DNA from: Halodesulfurarchaeum sp.
GTDB taxonomy: Archaea; Halobacteriota; Halobacteria; Halobacteriales; Halobacteriaceae
Assembly: GCA_034520565.1 (NCBI GenBank)
Contig: JAXHNL010000002.1
Coordinates: forward strand, 64,001-128,000
Direction: 5' to 3'
Length of the DNA: 64,000 bases
Of the stretch, positions 59,990 through 64,000 are shown in pieces. Numbering within the stretch: the first letter of the stretch is position 1; every line of letters begins with the position of its first letter. The notes beneath the pieces were generated by a model. It was not told the origin of the DNA, did no database searches, and saw only the letters and a program-made list of their open reading frames with translations. The translations under genes and the position numbers were made by a program.

Positions 59990-60296
59990 CAGAAGCTTCC
60001 TTCCTGCTCAACGAGTGTCCGTGAACCACGTTCGGTTGAGTGGTATCGTTGTTGAGTGCTATACGTGAGCGGACATGCTACAGGTTCACACCCCCACAGT
60101 AGAGAACGTCGGTTCGCTGTCTTCGTGAAAACTCTGCAGTTCCCGCGAAGTGCTCGCCACGTCTGCGGAGCGCCGACACCGGTCAATTTCGAAAATCCGG
60201 GCCATCGGGAACTGGCGCTGGGCTGCCGACAGAACTGCGTTCCCGCTCCATCGTGACGTGGGAAAAGATTACGCCGCCGGCAGCCGGGTCGACGGT

Positions 60297-61103
60297 ATGG
60301 GCGAACGCGAGGCCATCGAGCGGGTCGACGAGCCCGTCACGATGGCAGCCATCGCAGCCGACCTCCGAGCGCTCGGCGTCGAATCCGGCGATACGCTCTT
60401 CGTGCATACCTCACTTTCGTCAATCGGCTGGGTGAGCGGCGGTGCCCAGGCCGTCGTCGAGGCACTCCTTGCGGCGGTCGGTCCGAATGGGACACTCGTC
60501 ATGCCCGCGCATACGGGCCAGTACACCGACCCCGACGACTGGGAGAACCCCCCGATTCCCGACGACTGGGTCCAGACGGTCAGGGACACCCGCCCGCCGT
60601 TCGACCCGGACCGCACGCCAAGTCGGGGGGTCGGACGGGTCCCCGAGACGTTTCGGCAGCATCCGAACGCGATCCGGAGCGATCACCCGCTGTATTCGGT
60701 CTCCGCGCTCGGAGCGAATGCGGACCGGATCGCCGGTTCGCATCCGGACGACTACGGCCTCGGTCCGGAATCGCCACTCGGGACCATCTACGATCTCGAC
60801 GGGGCGGTGCTCATGCTCGGAACGACCCACGAGACGAACACGTCACTCCACCTCGCCGAACACATCGCCGACGTGGAGCAGGCAGAGCAAACCCGGCGGG
60901 CACCGGTCCGCCGCGGTGGCGAGCGCGTCGAGATCGAGTACCGGGACATCGAACTCGAGACTGACGATTTCGCCGCCGTCGGGGCGGATTTCGAGGCCGA
61001 CGTGGACCCGTCGATCGGGACCGTCAGCGTCGCTGAGAGCAAACTGTTCGACATGCGGACACTCGTCGACTACGCCACCGAGTGGTTCGAGCGGAACCGG
61101 TAG
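60297..61103 (+). CDS. Aminoglycoside N(3)-acetyltransferase family protein
   Basis: LGV..GD.L.VH.SLSS.GWV.GG, GTLVMP, G..PE.FR, RS.HP..S, NTSLHLAE. Confidence 0.9.
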   Translation: MGEREAIERVDEPVTMAAIAADLRALGVESGDTLFVHTSLSSIGWVSGGAQAVVEALLAAVGPNGTLVMPAHTGQYTDPDDWENPPIPDDWVQTVRDTRPPFDPDRTPSRGVGRVPETFRQHPNAIRSDHPLYSVSALGANADRIAGSHPDDYGLGPESPLGTIYDLDGAVLMLGTTHETNTSLHLAEHIADVEQAEQTRRAPVRRGGERVEIEYRDIELETDDFAAVGADFEADVDPSIGTVSVAESKLFDMRTLVDYATEWFERNR

Positions 61104-61188
61104 GCTGTCGGTGGCATGACGGTCGAATGGGACTGAGGTTCCCGGAAAGACAACAGGTATTTTGCTTGTCCAAGCTGAGTTGTTGATA

Positions 61189-62274
61189 ATGGGGCTCCGA
61201 ACCCGGACGCTCACGTGGAGTGGGGTTCTCGCCGCGCTGTTGTTCGCCATCGTCACGGCGAGTGCCGGTATTGGGCCCGTCTCGATCGCCCCGGTGGACG
61301 TGCTGAAGGTGCTTCTCAACCAATTGGCGGTTCCGACCTCCGTCTCGTTCACCGGCACGCTCTCGCTCGGAGGCGTCACGCTGCCGTTTTTCGCACTCGG
61401 GTTCACCGAGGTCTTCCACTTCGACCTTCCCCGGACGGTCACGACCATCGTCTGGACGGTCCGCATGCCACGAATCGTCCTCGGCGCCCTCGTCGGCTTC
61501 GCCCTCGCCGTCGCCGGCGCGGTCATGCAGGGCTTTTTCCGCAACCCCATGGCCGATCCGTCCATCATCGGGGTTTCGACCGGGGCCGCCGTGGGAGCCG
61601 TCGCCGCCATCGTCCTCCCCGTTCCGATCGGACTCCGGGCCGCCGCCTTCGTCACCGGGCTGATCGCGGCCTTCGGCGTCTACCTCATCGCAACCGAAAA
61701 CGGCCGGACGCCCGTCGCGACCCTGCTTCTCGCCGGGGTGGCGGTGCAGACGTTTCTCGGCGCGGTCATCTCGTTCATGCTCACCATGGGCGGTCAGAGC
61801 CTCGAACAGGCCGTCTACTGGCTGATGGGGCACCTCCACAACGCCACCTGGGACGAGGTCGGGTTTGCCTTTCTCTTCGTTCCCGCCCTGTTTCTCGTCC
61901 TCGCCTGGTACAGTCGCGACCTCAACGTGCTCCTCCTGGGCGAGGAAGACGCCGCGACCCTTGGCATCGAGGTCGAGCGAACCAAGCGAATCCTCCTGGG
62001 CGTTTCGAGCCTGATCACGGCCGCAGCCGTCGCCGTCTCGGGTGTCATCGGGTTCGTCGGGCTGATCGTCCCACACATGATGCGGCTCGTCGTGGGCCCG
62101 GACCACCGGATCCTGTTACCGACGAGCGCGGTCGCGGGGGCGGCCTTTCTGGTGGCCACGGACACCGTCGCGAGAACCTGGGCCGGAGAAATCCCGGTCG
62201 GAATCGTCACGGCGGCCCTCGGCGCGCCGTTTTTCCTCTTCCTCCTCCGCCGCCGGGAGGTGCACGCGCTATGA
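61189..62274 (+). CDS. btuC: Cobalamin ABC transporter permease
   Basis: VRMPRI, MQGFFRNPMADP.IIGVS.GA, LLLAGVAVQ.FLGA, GFVGLI.PH, PVGIVTA. Confidence 0.85.
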   Translation: MGLRTRTLTWSGVLAALLFAIVTASAGIGPVSIAPVDVLKVLLNQLAVPTSVSFTGTLSLGGVTLPFFALGFTEVFHFDLPRTVTTIVWTVRMPRIVLGALVGFALAVAGAVMQGFFRNPMADPSIIGVSTGAAVGAVAAIVLPVPIGLRAAAFVTGLIAAFGVYLIATENGRTPVATLLLAGVAVQTFLGAVISFMLTMGGQSLEQAVYWLMGHLHNATWDEVGFAFLFVPALFLVLAWYSRDLNVLLLGEEDAATLGIEVERTKRILLGVSSLITAAAVAVSGVIGFVGLIVPHMMRLVVGPDHRILLPTSAVAGAAFLVATDTVARTWAGEIPVGIVTAALGAPFFLFLLRRREVHAL

Positions 62275-63638
62275 GTTCCCGGCTTTCGAACCTCATCGAC
62301 GAGATCACCGGAACGACCGAGCGGGTTCGTTCGACGGGAAATCGTACCGACCCGATCGTGGACGTGGCGGACGTCTCCGTGACTTTGGGAACCGTGCAGG
62401 CCCTCTCGGCGGTCTCCGTCGACGTCGATCGTGGGGAGTTCATGGGCGTCATCGGCCCGAACGGGGCCGGGAAGACGACGCTGCTCCGCGCGATCAGCGG
62501 CGTTCTCGAGCCGACCAGCGGTTCGATCCACGTCGACGGCCACGACGTCACCCGTCTCCCGTCGAAGGCAAGCAGCCGCCTCGTCGCCGTCGTCCCCCAG
62601 GAGACCAACCTCGCCTTCGACTTCACCGTCCGGGAGATCGTGGAAATGGGACGGACTCCCTACCAGCAACGCGTGCGTTTCGACCAGTCCGCGGACGGCT
62701 CCATCGTCGATCGGGCCCTCGAGCGGACCCAGATCGCCTTCCTCGCAGAGCGGGATATCGGCGAGGTGAGCGGTGGCGAGCGCCAGCGGGTACTCCTCGC
62801 CCGCGCGCTCGCCCAGGACACGCCGGTCATGTTGCTCGACGAGCCGACCGCCAGCCTCGATATCAACCACCAGATCCGGACCCTCGAACTTGTCAAATCC
62901 CTCGTCGAGGACGGAAAGACGGTCATGGCCCCGATCCACGACCTCAATCTCGCGGCCCATTACTGTGACCGGCTCCTCCTGCTCTCGGACGGGAAGCGGA
63001 CCGCGCTGGGACCGCCGACTGAGGTGCTGACCGAGACAAACCTCGAAGCCGCCTTCGGGACCGACGCGGTGGTGACGAACAACCCGGTCACCGGATCGGT
63101 CTACGTCATGGCGCTCCCGGACGGAGCCCGGGATCGCGATGGGCCACGCGTCCACGTCGTCGGCGGCGGGGGGGCGGGGGCCCGATTGCTCTACCTGCTC
63201 GCGGCCAGCGGCTATCAGGTGACGACCGGGGCGCTCAACGAGGGCGACGCGGACATCGAAACCGCCCGGATGCTCGGCATCGACGCTACCACTCTCGAAC
63301 CGTACGCGCCCATCGACGACGCGACTGCAGCGGCGGTGACCGAGCGGGTCGAAGACGCGGCCGTGACGGTGCTTGCCGACGTGGCGATCGGCCACGGCAA
63401 CCTCCCGAACCTCAGGGCTGCGGCGAGCGCGAACGAACTGATCCTGGTCGAAGACCGGCCCATCGAGGAGCGGAACTACGCCGGCGTGCGGGGGGAAGAA
63501 CTCTACGAGTCACTCCGGGAACGAGCGGAGACGGTTCACTCCCGGAACGTGCTCGAAGCTGTCGGAGACGCCGTCGATGGAACGGGCGAAGACGCCGTCG
63601 ATGGGACGGTCGAGGGACCGGTCGAAACACCGGACTGA
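62271..63638 (+). CDS. btuD: Cobalamin ABC transporter ATPase with C-terminal extension
   Basis: GPNGAGKTT, VSGGERQR, LLDEPTASLDINHQ, HDLNLAA; C-terminal VHVVGGGG domain. Confidence 0.85.
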   Translation: MSSRLSNLIDEITGTTERVRSTGNRTDPIVDVADVSVTLGTVQALSAVSVDVDRGEFMGVIGPNGAGKTTLLRAISGVLEPTSGSIHVDGHDVTRLPSKASSRLVAVVPQETNLAFDFTVREIVEMGRTPYQQRVRFDQSADGSIVDRALERTQIAFLAERDIGEVSGGERQRVLLARALAQDTPVMLLDEPTASLDINHQIRTLELVKSLVEDGKTVMAPIHDLNLAAHYCDRLLLLSDGKRTALGPPTEVLTETNLEAAFGTDAVVTNNPVTGSVYVMALPDGARDRDGPRVHVVGGGGAGARLLYLLAASGYQVTTGALNEGDADIETARMLGIDATTLEPYAPIDDATAAAVTERVEDAAVTVLADVAIGHGNLPNLRAAASANELILVEDRPIEERNYAGVRGEELYESLRERAETVHSRNVLEAVGDAVDGTGEDAVDGTVEGPVETPD

Positions 63639-63646
63639 GGGACCGG

Positions 63647-64000
63647 TCAGTCTTCGTCCTGGGCGGCGAGTTTCTCGGCGATTTCGGAGTCGATCGGCGG
63701 TCGCTCGTAGGCCGCAAGCAGCTGCTCCACGCGCTCTGTCGCCCGGTCGGCGATCGACGGCTCGCCCGCGTCGGTCCAGGCGTCGTGACTGCCCCGAATC
63801 CCGATCGTGTCCTCGAACACGGGCGCGTCCGGCAGCGTTCCGGGATCGCGACCGTCGAAAAACGGGTCCCGTGGCTCGCCGATCGGCATCGAGTCGGTGA
63901 CCGATCCGGACTCGAGACGCTCCCTGAGGGCCCGAGCTTCCGACGTGGCCGCCCGAAGCAGCCTGATCCGTTCGGCATCGAGGACCGTCTTCTCTGGCGA
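63647..64000 (-). CDS. 3' end of a trimethylamine methyltransferase (MttB) superfamily protein (partial)
   Basis: Open frame from the window edge: SPEKTVLDAE...H.AW.DAG......RA.ERV..LL..YE.PPID. Confidence 0.7.
   Translation of the reverse strand, partial: SPEKTVLDAERIRLLRAATSEARALRERLESGSVTDSMPIGEPRDPFFDGRDPGTLPDAPVFEDTIGIRGSHDAWTDAGEPSIADRATERVEQLLAAYERPPIDSEIAEKLAAQDED

Overview
High-GC haloarchaeal chromosome segment; the acidic proteome, archaeal S6e, MC1, DUF5806/DUF5807 and an anaerobic Mo/W sulfur-oxyanion reductase operon suggest a sulfur-respiring haloarchaeon (inference). Positions 1-~7.1 kb are the edge of a lower-GC island at the 3' side of tRNA-Arg(CCG), carrying a type I restriction-modification locus (hsdR frameshifted, AT-rich hsdS, hsdM) and a DUF4268 nuclease-like gene. 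The rest is mostly housekeeping: Fe, Mo/W and B12 ABC transporters, valS, RNase P RNA, pncA/pncB, pyrC, rps6e, msrA, tRNA-Lys(UUU), a thiosulfate/polysulfide-reductase-like operon with maturation genes, kbl/tdh and acnA. The most striking non-gene signal: both tRNA genes are followed by tandem 76-161 bp non-coding units, each ending in a regenerated copy of that tRNA's 3' end. The units fold into hairpins rich in tandem GA/GA mismatches and GNA triloops, with compensatory stem changes between the two loci, suggesting a tRNA-targeted, ssDNA-structured mini-element family. Single-base frameshifts in valS, the Mo-reductase and kbl lie in G runs and are probably sequencing errors. All family calls come from motif recognition, not database searches.
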